DNA of 38,199 bases, taken from assembly GCA_964609495.1 (NCBI GenBank), contig CAZSTA010000009.1:1-38199 (forward strand). Reading direction: 5' to 3'. Shown piece by piece: positions 1-9,393 of the stretch. The notes under the pieces are model-generated. The model was not told where the DNA came from and ran no database searches. It was given only the letters and a program-made list of their open reading frames with translations. This DNA comes from an uncultured bacterium (lineage in GTDB: Bacteria > CAZSTA01). A program made the translations under genes and the position numbers. The number at the start of each line of letters is the position of its first letter. Positions within the stretch are counted from its first letter, which is position 1.

Positions 1-2
1 TA

Positions 3-815
3 GGAAAGGGGCGACCCGGTTGGCATATCGAATGCTCAGCGATGAGTATGAAATATCTAGGGGAGACCTTTGATATTCATACTGGAGCAGTTGATAATAT
101 CTTCCCTCACCATGAGAATGAGATCGCTCAAAGCGAGGGAGCAACGGGTAAGACCTTCGTCAGATATTGGATTCACTGCGATCATCTCATCGTTGAGGGA
201 GAGAAGATGTCCAAATCGAAGGGTAACTTCTTCACTCTGAGAGATCTCCTGAATAAAGGATACGATCCGGATGCGTTGAGGTATCTCCTCCTCTCCGTTC
301 ATTATCGAAGTAAGCTGAACTTCACGGAGGAGGGAGTAAATCAAGCGGCGCAAACTGTTGAGCGCTTACGAGAGTTTATGCTCAGACTCCAAGAAGCCAA
401 GGTTGATGAGGGGAAATATAACGATTTACATCAGAGGATTGAGGCGGCTAGAGTGGAGTTCGAGTCTGCTATGGATGACGATCTCAATATCTCACGCGCT
501 TTAGGAGCTATCTTCCAATTGGTGAGAGATATAAACATCGCTCTTGATAGGGGACATATAAAGAAGGGGGATGTGGATGAGACTATCGCTTTGATGAGGA
601 AATTCGATACAGTTCTGGGAGTAATCGAGCGAGAGGAGGAGGTGCTTGAGGAGGAGATAGAACGACTTATCGCTAAGAGGGAAGAAGCCCGAGCAAATAA
701 GGATTACGCCGAGGCGGATAGGATCAGAGATTATCTGGCTGAGAGAGGAGTAATCCTACGGGATACTAAGGATGGAGTGAGGTGGAGGAGAAAGGGTAAG
801 TCCTCTACCTCTTAG
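3..815 (+). CDS. cysS: Cysteine--tRNA ligase, C-terminal part (5' end lies outside the window)
   Basis: Frame is open from base 3: GKGRPGWHIECSAM, DIHTGAVDNIFPHHENEIAQSE, KMSKSKGNF, DALR-domain AMDDDLN, and terminal DYAEADRIRDYL. All are hallmark CysRS motifs. Confidence 0.97.
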   Translation, partial: GKGRPGWHIECSAMSMKYLGETFDIHTGAVDNIFPHHENEIAQSEGATGKTFVRYWIHCDHLIVEGEKMSKSKGNFFTLRDLLNKGYDPDALRYLLLSVHYRSKLNFTEEGVNQAAQTVERLREFMLRLQEAKVDEGKYNDLHQRIEAARVEFESAMDDDLNISRALGAIFQLVRDINIALDRGHIKKGDVDETIALMRKFDTVLGVIEREEEVLEEEIERLIAKREEARANKDYAEADRIRDYLAERGVILRDTKDGVRWRRKGKSSTS

Positions 816-915
816 ATTATGATTTCGGTAATGCAAGCCTTGTGAACCTATTTTATTCGAGAAGCCAGTTAAAAGGTATGAGAGGTTTTTCTGGTCTTCT
901 TAGAGAGGAGGGAAT

Positions 916-1443
916 ATGATAATAGGGGAAAAGGTCAATATAAGAGCTGTTGAGAGGGATGATCTACCGAGATATGTCAGATGGTTAAACGATCCAGAGG
1001 TGAGGGAAAACCTAGCGATGTTCTACCCGATGTCTCTAGCGGAGGAGGAGAAGTGGTTCGAAGATAAGATCCTTAAAAGAGATGAAAATAACAAAACTTT
1101 CGCTATAGAAACTAAGGATGGAGTTCATATCGGAGGGACAGGACTTGACAGTATCAATTGGAAGGATAGGAATGCTGAGTTCGGGATATTCATCGGGGAG
1201 AAGGACTATTGGAATAAGGGATACGGAACTGATGCGACTAAGACTATAGTGAAATTCGCTTTTGAGGAGATGAACCTGGCTAGAGTATATCTTCGAGTCT
1301 ATGATGATAATCCCAGAGCTATTCGCGTCTATGAGAAAGCAGGATTCGAGAGGGAGGGAGTCCTGAAAAAACATATCTTCCGTAAAGGTCGCTATTCCGA
1401 TGTGATCATTATGGGGATATTAAATCCCAGTATCAAATTCTAA
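916..1443 (+). CDS. GNAT N-acetyltransferase, RimJ/RimL (SpeG-like) type
   Basis: IGEKDYWNKGYGT acetyl-CoA loop, NPRAIRVYEKAGF, GAGGAGG SD upstream. Confidence 0.9.
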   Translation: MIIGEKVNIRAVERDDLPRYVRWLNDPEVRENLAMFYPMSLAEEEKWFEDKILKRDENNKTFAIETKDGVHIGGTGLDSINWKDRNAEFGIFIGEKDYWNKGYGTDATKTIVKFAFEEMNLARVYLRVYDDNPRAIRVYEKAGFEREGVLKKHIFRKGRYSDVIIMGILNPSIKF

Positions 1444-1462
1444 TAATATAAGGAGGCTACCG

Positions 1463-2515
1463 ATGAAGAGAGTTATCTCAAGTATGCTAGTTGTTATGTT
1501 GATATTAAGTTCGGGAGCTATCTTAGCTCAGGCGGAGAAACAGAATAAGCTTTTTGTCTATAACTCTACTTATGATCTACTTAAAGGCGATATATGGGAG
1601 TATATAACCACCTCTGAGGTCAAGATCGATCTAAATTCCTATCCCCAAGATTATATTATCATTGGAGTAGGGACCACTGATCAGCACTATCGAGTGGGAG
1701 AGTTAATCGTTGCGGGAACTGTGGAAGACCTTAAATTCCTCTGGGCTGACCCGAATTATCCTCACAAACTAAAGAGCTTGGATAAGGGGGAATTTCCCTA
1801 TCTCCAAATAGCAGTCTGTGCCCCAGGTAAGGTCTTGAAACTGCCCCTTAGGGAGGTGGTCGATCTACACAGATATCTAGCTGATAGGCTGGAGGGAATG
1901 AATATAAAGCTGGCGGCGATCGAGATCAGGGGGGATTTCTCTCGAGTGGATTATACTATCGCCTATAATCTTCCTAAGAGTGGCTTGGATCTGAGCGGAG
2001 GGCACGTCGGTGATGAATATTTCCGTTCTTTCAGCGAGGATCAGGTTGGAGAGTGGATGATGAGGGGAACTTACTCCCAAGGTCACGAGCTACAATTGAT
2101 AAACTCGACTCCGGGCAAACCTTTGCATATCCATGGCTACAATCATCAAAAGATGCAGGGAGGACATATCGGATATGCCGAGGTGAAGAGAGCTACCGCG
2201 ATGATCTATGTTATAGATGAATACGAGCTATTCGAGAGCGATCTGAGCATCGAAGGGGTTGAGATTGAGGAGGGGATGATCACTGTTCAAGCGGTTAATA
2301 GGGGTTGGATGATGGTAAAGAACGCAGTGGTAGAGATAAATTTAGCAAATGGTAAAGCCTTAAGCACCGCTTTAGCGAATATGAGACCTTTCTCAGAGTT
2401 AGAGGTCAAGTTCGAGGTGAGCGAAGGGATGCCAGAGGTAGTATCAGTTAGAATCGATCCGAGAAATGATATTCTGGAGTTGAGGGAGGATAATAACGTC
2501 TTTGTAGTCCATTGA
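1463..2515 (+). CDS. Secreted protein: acetolactate-decarboxylase/PPC-like Zn-binding domain plus C-terminal CARDB-like Ig domain
   Basis: Signal peptide (MKR, hydrophobic core, AQA). AAIEIRGDFSRV and LHIH...GGHI resemble ALDC motifs. SDLSI...VNRG...IDPRNDILELREDNN is CARDB-like. AAGGAGG SD. Confidence 0.55.
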   Translation: MKRVISSMLVVMLILSSGAILAQAEKQNKLFVYNSTYDLLKGDIWEYITTSEVKIDLNSYPQDYIIIGVGTTDQHYRVGELIVAGTVEDLKFLWADPNYPHKLKSLDKGEFPYLQIAVCAPGKVLKLPLREVVDLHRYLADRLEGMNIKLAAIEIRGDFSRVDYTIAYNLPKSGLDLSGGHVGDEYFRSFSEDQVGEWMMRGTYSQGHELQLINSTPGKPLHIHGYNHQKMQGGHIGYAEVKRATAMIYVIDEYELFESDLSIEGVEIEEGMITVQAVNRGWMMVKNAVVEINLANGKALSTALANMRPFSELEVKFEVSEGMPEVVSVRIDPRNDILELREDNNVFVVH

Positions 2516-2529
2516 GGGCGGGTTCAAAA

Positions 2530-2580
2530 GTAACTCTCCCCTTAGCTAGGTTATCCCTTAAGGCTTAGGGGAGAGATTAC
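2530..2580. terminator. Intergenic stem-loop, possible terminator or mRNA stabiliser
   Basis: CTCTCCCCT (2534-2542) pairs with AGGGGAGAG (2567-2575), with GTAA/TTAC flanks. No clear U-tract. Confidence 0.4.
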
Positions 2581-2667
2581 ATCTGTTGAGAAAGCAGTTT
2601 GAGATGATATCTGGGATTATATAATTTCCCCTCTTTTTATCCCTCTCTTCCTTGAAAGGAACTGCTT

Positions 2668-3189
2668 ATGTTTGAATTACAAACCGAAAGATTGAGATTA
2701 ATACCTCTAAATTCTGAGAATTTGAAGTTATATCTTGAAGATCCAAAGAAATTGGAGAAAAAACTAGGATTAAAAATTACCAACGTGGCACTTGAAGGAC
2801 ATATCAAAGAGGCTGTAAAAGAAATGTTTGAAAGTGTTATTAAAGACGAAGAAAATTATCTTTGGTATACCAATTGGCAAATAGTATTAAAGAAAGAGAA
2901 TCGTATTATAGGTGGCTTCTGTTTCAAGGACTATCCTAATGAAAATGGTGAAGTAGAGATTGGTTATGGGATACAACCTGCATATCAAGGGAAAGGTTAT
3001 ATGACTGAGGCTTTAAGAGAAATGGTCAAATGGGCTTTCAAACAACCCCGAATTTTAGCTGTAATAGCTGAGACAGATAAAGCAAACATCCCATCTCACA
3101 AGGTACTAGAAAAAGTAGGGATGGTAAAATGTAGAGAAACTGAGCAAAATTTTTGGTGGAAACTTTCGCGACATCAAGTAAACCTTTAA
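2668..3189 (+). CDS. GNAT N-acetyltransferase (RimJ/RimL family)
   Basis: LQTERLRLIP, VEIGYGIQPAYQGKGYMTEAL, NIPSHKVLEKVG. Visibly more AT-rich than its neighbours. Confidence 0.9.
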   Translation: MFELQTERLRLIPLNSENLKLYLEDPKKLEKKLGLKITNVALEGHIKEAVKEMFESVIKDEENYLWYTNWQIVLKKENRIIGGFCFKDYPNENGEVEIGYGIQPAYQGKGYMTEALREMVKWAFKQPRILAVIAETDKANIPSHKVLEKVGMVKCRETEQNFWWKLSRHQVNL

Positions 3190-3264
3190 TATTTAACAAA
3201 ATATAGATTTTTCTGACAGTCTTTTCTATATCTTTTGATGCTAAATTGAGGAGGAATATCCAAA

Positions 3265-4494
3265 TTGGAATACCGTAACTATGATCCTAAAAGGGATAAG
3301 GACGCTGTCCATCGCATCTGGCGTGAGACTGGCTGGCTCGAGAAGGATAAGGAGGAGGTGATGGATCTCTTCGTCGAGTATAGCCGCGCGCTCGTCAGCG
3401 ATATCAACGGCGAAGCGGAATGTTTAATCCTTACTACGCCTGGCACCATCCGCTACCTCGATGGAGAGCTTTCTTTTTCCTGTGTCACTGGCGTTACCAC
3501 TAGCAGAATTGCCCGCAAGCAGGGATTAGCGAGACGGCTGACCGCAATGACAGTGGCTAACGACGCCGCTGAAGGCGCGTTGGTCTCTGGTCTGGGGATG
3601 TTCGAGCAGGGATACTATAATCGGCTTGGTTTCGGCACCGGAGGATATGAGCATTGGATTGCCTTTGACCCAGCACGGCTCAGCGTCAAGATAAAAGCTC
3701 GGATGCCGCGCCGCATCACCGCTGACGACTGGGAGATGGTGCATGCCTCACGGCTTACCCGCGCTCGCGGTCACGGCTCCTGTAATCTTAATCCGCCCGA
3801 GATTACAAAGGCGGAAATGATCGGGGATGAGAATGGCTTCGGCCTCGGTTACTGTGATGGCCCCAACGGCGAACTCACTCATCACTTCTGGTGCAATGTG
3901 AAGAGCGTGGAAAGCGGTCCCTACAACGTGGAGTGGATGGCCTTTCAGACCTCAGAGCAGTTCCTGGAACTGATGGCACTCCTCAAAAGTCTGGGCGACC
4001 AGGTGCGGTTGGTGAAGATGCGCGAACCTCAAGGGATCCAGCTTCAAGACCTGATTGAGCAACCGTTCAAGCAGCGCCAGGTGAGCGAGAAGTCCAAGTT
4101 CGAGAGCGATATGCACGCCGCGGCTTACTGGCAGATGCGAATATGCGACCTGCTAGGATGTATGGAGCGAACTCACCTTCGAGGGGAGGAAGTTCGTTTC
4201 AACCTAAAGCTCGTTGATCCTATTGAGACCTCCCTTGATGAGGAAGCACCATGGCACGGCATAACTGGTGATTATGTAGTCACCCTAGGACCTTCTTCGG
4301 GAGCTGAGCTAGGCACGGACAAGTCTCTGCCTACGCTAAAAGCCTCGGTGGGCACCTTCACCCGAATGTGGCTCGGAGTGCGTCCGGCGACTGGTCTGGC
4401 TATAACCGATGAGCTCTCCGGACCGCAGGAGCTTCTGAAAAAACTAGATTGGACACTGCGTCTTCCCGATCCTAGACCAGACTGGAACTTTTGA
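3265..4494 (+). CDS. Eis-like GNAT acetyltransferase with SCP2-like C-terminal domain
   Basis: VTGVTTSRIARKQGLA and YYNRLGFG GNAT motifs; 409 aa. WQMRICDL and a C-terminal SCP2-like segment as in Eis. TTG start after GAGGAGG. Confidence 0.75.
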   Translation: MEYRNYDPKRDKDAVHRIWRETGWLEKDKEEVMDLFVEYSRALVSDINGEAECLILTTPGTIRYLDGELSFSCVTGVTTSRIARKQGLARRLTAMTVANDAAEGALVSGLGMFEQGYYNRLGFGTGGYEHWIAFDPARLSVKIKARMPRRITADDWEMVHASRLTRARGHGSCNLNPPEITKAEMIGDENGFGLGYCDGPNGELTHHFWCNVKSVESGPYNVEWMAFQTSEQFLELMALLKSLGDQVRLVKMREPQGIQLQDLIEQPFKQRQVSEKSKFESDMHAAAYWQMRICDLLGCMERTHLRGEEVRFNLKLVDPIETSLDEEAPWHGITGDYVVTLGPSSGAELGTDKSLPTLKASVGTFTRMWLGVRPATGLAITDELSGPQELLKKLDWTLRLPDPRPDWNF

Positions 4495-4628
4495 GGTTGA
4501 CTTTATTGCAATAGGAGGTTGATAGGATTATCGATCAGCATAATTAGGATAAACTCAAGCTAATCATTTAAGACCTCATCCCAACTAATCCCCCTTCGAG
4601 AAGAGGTGAGAGGTTAGGATGAGGTCTT

Positions 4629-5972
4629 ATGGAAAGGAAAAATCTAAAATTATCGATGAGTTCAATATTGATCAAAGATGGGTTAATTATCACTATGAAT
4701 CCCCAACAAGAGGTGATAAATGGTGATATCTACATAGAGGAGGGGAGAATAGCTGAGATAGGAAAGATCGAGCAGGAAGGGGAGGAGATAATCGATGCTG
4801 AGGGCAAGGTTATTATGCCCGGCTTTGTCCAGACCCATATTCATCTATGCCAAACACTCTTCCGAGGGCTAGGAGATGATCTGGAGCTATTGGAGTGGCT
4901 GAGGCAGGTTATATGGCCCTTGGAGGCGGCCCATGATGAGGAGACCATATATTGGTCCGCTATGCTCAGCGCCGCCGAGCTGATCCGGGGAGGAACTACC
5001 TGTGTTCAGACTATGGAGACAGTCCATCATACGGAGAGTGCTTTTGAAGCTGTAGCGGAGAGCGGCCTGCGCGCGGTTATGGGAAAGGCGATGATGGATG
5101 AAGGAGAAGGTCTCCCTGTCGCTCTTAGGGAGAATACCGAGGAATCTATAGAAGCTAGCGTAGAGCTACTAGAAAAGTGGCATAAGAGGGAAGGACGTAT
5201 CCGCTACGCTTTTGCTCCTCGTTTTGTTCTTTCCTGTTCGGAGAGGTTGCTATGTGAGGTGAGGGATCTAGCGGAGGAATATCGAGTAGGAGTGCATACT
5301 CATTGCTCCGAGAATCCAAAGGAGACACAGTTAGTTAGGGAGAAGAGGGGATTCGATAATTTAATCTATTTTCATCATCTAGGGTTGACTGGAGAGAGGT
5401 TGAGGCTGGCTCATTGTGTATGGCTTACCGAGGAGGAGATGGATATAGCTGGCAAGACCAAAGTTAAGATATTGCATTGTCCAACAGCCAACTTGAAGCT
5501 GGGATCGGGAATAGCTCGGGTTCCAGAGATGATGGAGAGAGGTATAAATGTATCTTTGGGAGCGGATGGAGCACCCTGTAATAATAACCTCGATATGCTT
5601 CGAGAGGTGCGGCAAGCGGCTTTGATCCAGAGATTGAACAATTCCGCTATTCCCGCGATCGAATTGCTTCGTATGGCGACTTTAGGAGGGGCGGAAGCGC
5701 TCCTGTGGGAAGATGAGATCGGGAGTATAGAGAGGAATAAGAAGGCGGATATAATTATCCTCGATATGAATAAAGTTCACTCCTCGCCCTGGTGGGAGGG
5801 GAACTTAATATCAAACTTGGTATATGCTAGCTCTAGTTCGGATGTGGAAACGGTTATAATAGATGGTCGAATCGTTATGCGCGATAGAGAGCTTCTTACC
5901 ATAGATGAGGAAAGGGTAATTGCGGAGTCTCGTAAAGCTATCCGTAAGCTCTTAAAGAAAGCCAATATTTGA
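4629..5972 (+). CDS. Amidohydrolase: 5'-deoxyadenosine / methylthioadenosine / SAH deaminase family
   Basis: MPGFVQTHIHLCQTLFRG (HxH), HTHCSE, LAHCVW, HCPTANLKLGSG, LGADGAPCNNNLDM. Confidence 0.85.
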   Translation: MERKNLKLSMSSILIKDGLIITMNPQQEVINGDIYIEEGRIAEIGKIEQEGEEIIDAEGKVIMPGFVQTHIHLCQTLFRGLGDDLELLEWLRQVIWPLEAAHDEETIYWSAMLSAAELIRGGTTCVQTMETVHHTESAFEAVAESGLRAVMGKAMMDEGEGLPVALRENTEESIEASVELLEKWHKREGRIRYAFAPRFVLSCSERLLCEVRDLAEEYRVGVHTHCSENPKETQLVREKRGFDNLIYFHHLGLTGERLRLAHCVWLTEEEMDIAGKTKVKILHCPTANLKLGSGIARVPEMMERGINVSLGADGAPCNNNLDMLREVRQAALIQRLNNSAIPAIELLRMATLGGAEALLWEDEIGSIERNKKADIIILDMNKVHSSPWWEGNLISNLVYASSSSDVETVIIDGRIVMRDRELLTIDEERVIAESRKAIRKLLKKANI

Positions 5973-6046
5973 GTTAGGAGATCAGCTTCTGGAGCTCTGA
6001 AAGTTTGAGTTCCCCTATAAATTTCTTATCTTTATCTTGGTAGCTC

Positions 6047-6075
6047 TTGAAGTTTCCGTGAATTTATGTTATTAT
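6047..6075 (+). promoter_or_regulatory. Putative sigma70 promoter for the sugar ABC operon
   Basis: TTGAAG-17bp-TATTAT with extended -10 TG. Confidence 0.45.
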
Positions 6076-6210
6076 TATGCTAACTTTCGATTAAGGGCGA
6101 GAGTTCACCTTTAGGGATTTCGATGTTTAAGGAGGTGGTAGGTAGGAGAATAGTAAAGATCGTCGTTTTCAGGATCAAATTTCCCAAGAGATTAACAAGG
6201 AGGTAAAAAG

Positions 6211-7476
6211 ATGAAAAAGTTGGTAATAATTGGTATGTCTGTAATGCTTCTGATTGGCTTTAGTATCACAGCAGTTGCTGCTGAGGAATTAAAGATCGCC
6301 ATTATGAGCGATATACAGGCCGATGAGCCCTGGCCTAATGTGATGAGGGAGATCTTCGCTGAGTTCGGGAAGCTATATCCCGATCTCAAAGTCGATATCG
6401 AGACTGTAGTCTGGGATCAGATAGATACTAAGCTGATGATGACAGTGAAGGCCGGAAATCCTCCGGATTTGAGCTGGTTCAGTGGACAGAAACTGAAAGC
6501 CCAGCTCAACGCCGGAAGCCTAATGCCCCTGGATGATCTTATGGCCAGAGATATGACTGAGGAAGAGATTAACGACTTCGCTTCGGTCGACCGAGATACC
6601 TGCACCTCAGTTCTGGATGGAAAGAGGTATGGTTTTCTGACTTCCGTTCACAGCCGCTTGCTCTGGTATAGAAAGGACTTGATCCCTGAACCGCCAAAAA
6701 CTTGGGACGATTTAGTCGAGATCGCGCAGAAGATCAATGACCCAGAGAATAAGTTCTGGGGATATGTGTTCTATGCGGGGCGACACTACCGCACCGCGGA
6801 GGAGGATCTCTCCCCTTACGTCTGGTCGAACGGAGGAAGATACTCCGATGAGACCGGAAGAGCCGCTTATAACACTCCTGAAGTAGCGGAGGCGATCCAA
6901 CTTCTATCCGATATGGTGAATAAATATAAGGTATCTCCGCCTGGGGTAGTTAGCATGGAGGTAAGCGATATCTGGGATTCCTTCCTAGCTGGAAACTATG
7001 GTATGTATATTGCTGGAACTTATCAGTTAAGCTCGGCTAAAGAATCCGAGCTATGGAAGGAGGACAAGATCGGAGTAGCTCTGAATCCTTCTCCTAAGGG
7101 TGATACCCCTCGTAACTTCGCCAATGGTTGGGCGCTAGGTATCCCCAATGGAGCTAAGAATCCCGAGGCCGCGTGGAAGTTCCTTCAATTCTTCACTAGC
7201 CCCGAGATCCAAGTTAAGCATGCCATAGTGGAGGGAGGAATGCCCATTAGGAGATCAGCTTGGACAGATGAGGTTTTCCAAAATCCAGTCCATCAGAAGT
7301 TTATCGAGAACATAGATAAGGCTGGTCATCCTATGGATCCGCTGATCTACTATGGAGAGTGTCTCGATAGCATCGCCATCGCCTTCCAGGATTACCTCCT
7401 CCATCCCGATAAGGATCTGACGGAGCTCTTGGATGATGCGGCTAAGAAGTTCAATAAGAGATACTATGGAGATTAG
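6211..7476 (+). CDS. Carbohydrate ABC transporter substrate-binding protein (CUT1 family)
   Basis: Signal peptide; AGNPPDL, LLWYRKDL, PKTWDDL, NPEAAWKFLQF motifs of family-1 binding proteins. Confidence 0.92.
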   Translation: MKKLVIIGMSVMLLIGFSITAVAAEELKIAIMSDIQADEPWPNVMREIFAEFGKLYPDLKVDIETVVWDQIDTKLMMTVKAGNPPDLSWFSGQKLKAQLNAGSLMPLDDLMARDMTEEEINDFASVDRDTCTSVLDGKRYGFLTSVHSRLLWYRKDLIPEPPKTWDDLVEIAQKINDPENKFWGYVFYAGRHYRTAEEDLSPYVWSNGGRYSDETGRAAYNTPEVAEAIQLLSDMVNKYKVSPPGVVSMEVSDIWDSFLAGNYGMYIAGTYQLSSAKESELWKEDKIGVALNPSPKGDTPRNFANGWALGIPNGAKNPEAAWKFLQFFTSPEIQVKHAIVEGGMPIRRSAWTDEVFQNPVHQKFIENIDKAGHPMDPLIYYGECLDSIAIAFQDYLLHPDKDLTELLDDAAKKFNKRYYGD

Positions 7477-7499
7477 GTAGCTTCTCGTTTTTAAATCAG

Positions 7500-7545
7500 G
7501 AGGGCTTGGGGATGATTTGATATTCCGAATCATCCCCTAGCCCTC
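7500..7545 (+). other. Intercistronic stem-loop after the binding-protein gene (mRNA stabiliser or partial terminator)
   Basis: GAGGGCTTGGGGATGATTT pairs with GAATCATCCCCTAGCCCTC in a long near-perfect stem, at the position typical for ABC operons. Confidence 0.7.
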
Positions 7546-7562
7546 GTCTCAGGAGTGAGAAG

Positions 7563-8435
7563 ATGAAAATTTTCAGAGGCAAGATCACCCCTTATCTTTA
7601 TATCCTTCCCGCGATGATAGTTGTGTTCTCCTTAACCGTCTATCCTACTATCTACTCCTTTAAGTTGAGCCTAAGCCGAATGGTTATGGGGACTGGGGAA
7701 TTTGTATTCACGGGTTTCGATAACTTCGCCGAATTATTCACCAATCCCGATTTTTGGGAAAGTTTAAAAACTTCCTTTATCTTCGTTGGCTCTTATGTTA
7801 TAGTAACCGTAACGTTGGGGTTGATTCTAGCCCTATTATTTAATCAGAGGACACGTTTCAGCGTTGTCTATATGACCTTGATTTTCATCCCCTGGGTTAT
7901 CTCCAACGTCGTGGCTGGGATAACTTGGCGTTGGCTCTTCAACGAGCAGGCGGGGATATTAGAAGGAATAGCTAAATCTTTAGGTATCTCGAAGATCGGG
8001 ATGTTAGCTGATCCTAGAGGGGCGATGGCGGTTTTAGTTATGACCAGTGTATGGAGAGCCTTAGCCTTCACTATGCTCCTGTTATTGGCTGGGCTCCAGG
8101 GAATTTCTTCCGAGATCCTAGAATGCGCTCTAATCGATGGATGCACTAAGTGGAAACGTTTCACCGCCATTATCTTCCCTTTGCTTAAACCCACTTTGTT
8201 AGTTGTTATCCTGCTCCTGACCATCGGAGGGATGAGTTCTGTGGACATATTCTTAACTATAACCGGGGGAGGTCCTTTGAGATCAACAGAGGTGCTCAGC
8301 CTTTATATGTATAGAGAGGGATTCCAATTCTTCCATCTGGAATTCGGGGCGGCGATCTCGGTGCTTCTATTTTTCGTTAATATGACGCTAGCTCTGGCCT
8401 ACATCCGGATATTGAGATCAAAGGTGGTTTACTGA
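7563..8435 (+). CDS. Carbohydrate ABC transporter permease (MalF/UgpA-like)
   Basis: Multiple TM helices; EAA-like loop ECALIDGCTKW; TGGGP. Confidence 0.93.
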   Translation: MKIFRGKITPYLYILPAMIVVFSLTVYPTIYSFKLSLSRMVMGTGEFVFTGFDNFAELFTNPDFWESLKTSFIFVGSYVIVTVTLGLILALLFNQRTRFSVVYMTLIFIPWVISNVVAGITWRWLFNEQAGILEGIAKSLGISKIGMLADPRGAMAVLVMTSVWRALAFTMLLLLAGLQGISSEILECALIDGCTKWKRFTAIIFPLLKPTLLVVILLLTIGGMSSVDIFLTITGGGPLRSTEVLSLYMYREGFQFFHLEFGAAISVLLFFVNMTLALAYIRILRSKVVY

Positions 8436-9283
8436 TGAAGATATTATCTCCTAAGACTGCAAGAAAGACCGGGTATGTCTTTAAGCATCTGATCTTGATA
8501 ATCATCTCCTTCTGTATGATATTTCCTGTTCTGTGGACAATCTCCACCTCCCTTAAGACTCAGGATGAGATGTTTCGTTATCCGCCCGTCTGGATTCCAA
8601 AGACTGTCCAGTGGAAGAATTATGTAGATGTGATCAGAACCCAAAGGTTGCCCAGATATATGCTCAACAGCTTGATCGTATCTGGCGGGTCAGTGATCGT
8701 CACTATTATCATCGGCAGTCTGGCAGGATATGGTTTCTCTCGTTTTAGCTTTAAGGGGCAATATACTTTACTATTTCTCATTCTAGCTACGATGATGATC
8801 CCGGGGTTGACAAATATGATCCCCCTCTACTCCATTATGACCTCTCTCAAGTTGCTCGATACCTATGCAGTTCTGATCATCATCTATGTAGCTTGGATGA
8901 CCCCCTTCACCGTATGGATAATGAAGAGCTTCTTCGACTCCATACCGAAGGATTTGGAGGACGCGGCTTTGATAGATGGCTGCAATAGAATTCAGTTGTT
9001 GATGCGGATAGTAGTGCCAATAGCTAAGCCAGGATTGGTAGCGGCTGTGGTGCTTAACTTCGTCAACGGTTGGAATGAATTCCTAACCGCTTTGATATTT
9101 ACCTCCTCCAATGAAATGAGGACAGTTTCCGTAGGTATCTATAATTTCCTGGGCTTCTATCGGAACTCCTATGGACCATTAGCCGCCGCATCTATTTTGG
9201 TGATAATTCCGGTAGTTACCCTTTTCCTGATCTTAAGGGAGAGGTTTATGAAGGGAATGATCGAGGGGGCGATAAAGGGTTAA
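8435..9283 (+). CDS. Carbohydrate ABC transporter permease (MalG/UgpE-like)
   Basis: IPKDLEDAALIDGC EAA loop, WNEFL, terminal GAIKG; TGATG coupling to the upstream gene. Confidence 0.93.
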   Translation: MKILSPKTARKTGYVFKHLILIIISFCMIFPVLWTISTSLKTQDEMFRYPPVWIPKTVQWKNYVDVIRTQRLPRYMLNSLIVSGGSVIVTIIIGSLAGYGFSRFSFKGQYTLLFLILATMMIPGLTNMIPLYSIMTSLKLLDTYAVLIIIYVAWMTPFTVWIMKSFFDSIPKDLEDAALIDGCNRIQLLMRIVVPIAKPGLVAAVVLNFVNGWNEFLTALIFTSSNEMRTVSVGIYNFLGFYRNSYGPLAAASILVIIPVVTLFLILRERFMKGMIEGAIKG

Positions 9284-9393
9284 TACCGAGTATATCTTAT
9301 AAAGAAGTATTTGACTTGGATTGTCGTTCGGTGGATAGGGGAGTCGAAGCAGGTTTTGTAATTGACAATATTAAAAGGGAAAGGAGAGCAAAT

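Noticed and set aside
3191-3246. attC-like imperfect inverted repeat (ATTTAAC...GCTAAAT) after the AT-rich GNAT gene
   Set aside because: The right end is GCT rather than the invariant GTT, there is no array of similar sites, and the window's recombinase lacks the IntI-specific insertion.
6059-6086. TTATGCTAACT resembling the XerD arm of a dif site
   Set aside because: No matching XerC arm ending in ATAA at 6-bp spacing; better explained as the -10 region of a promoter.
6211-9283. Sugar ABC operon lacking an ATPase gene
   Set aside because: Common: CUT1 transporters often share an MsmK/MalK-type ATPase encoded elsewhere.
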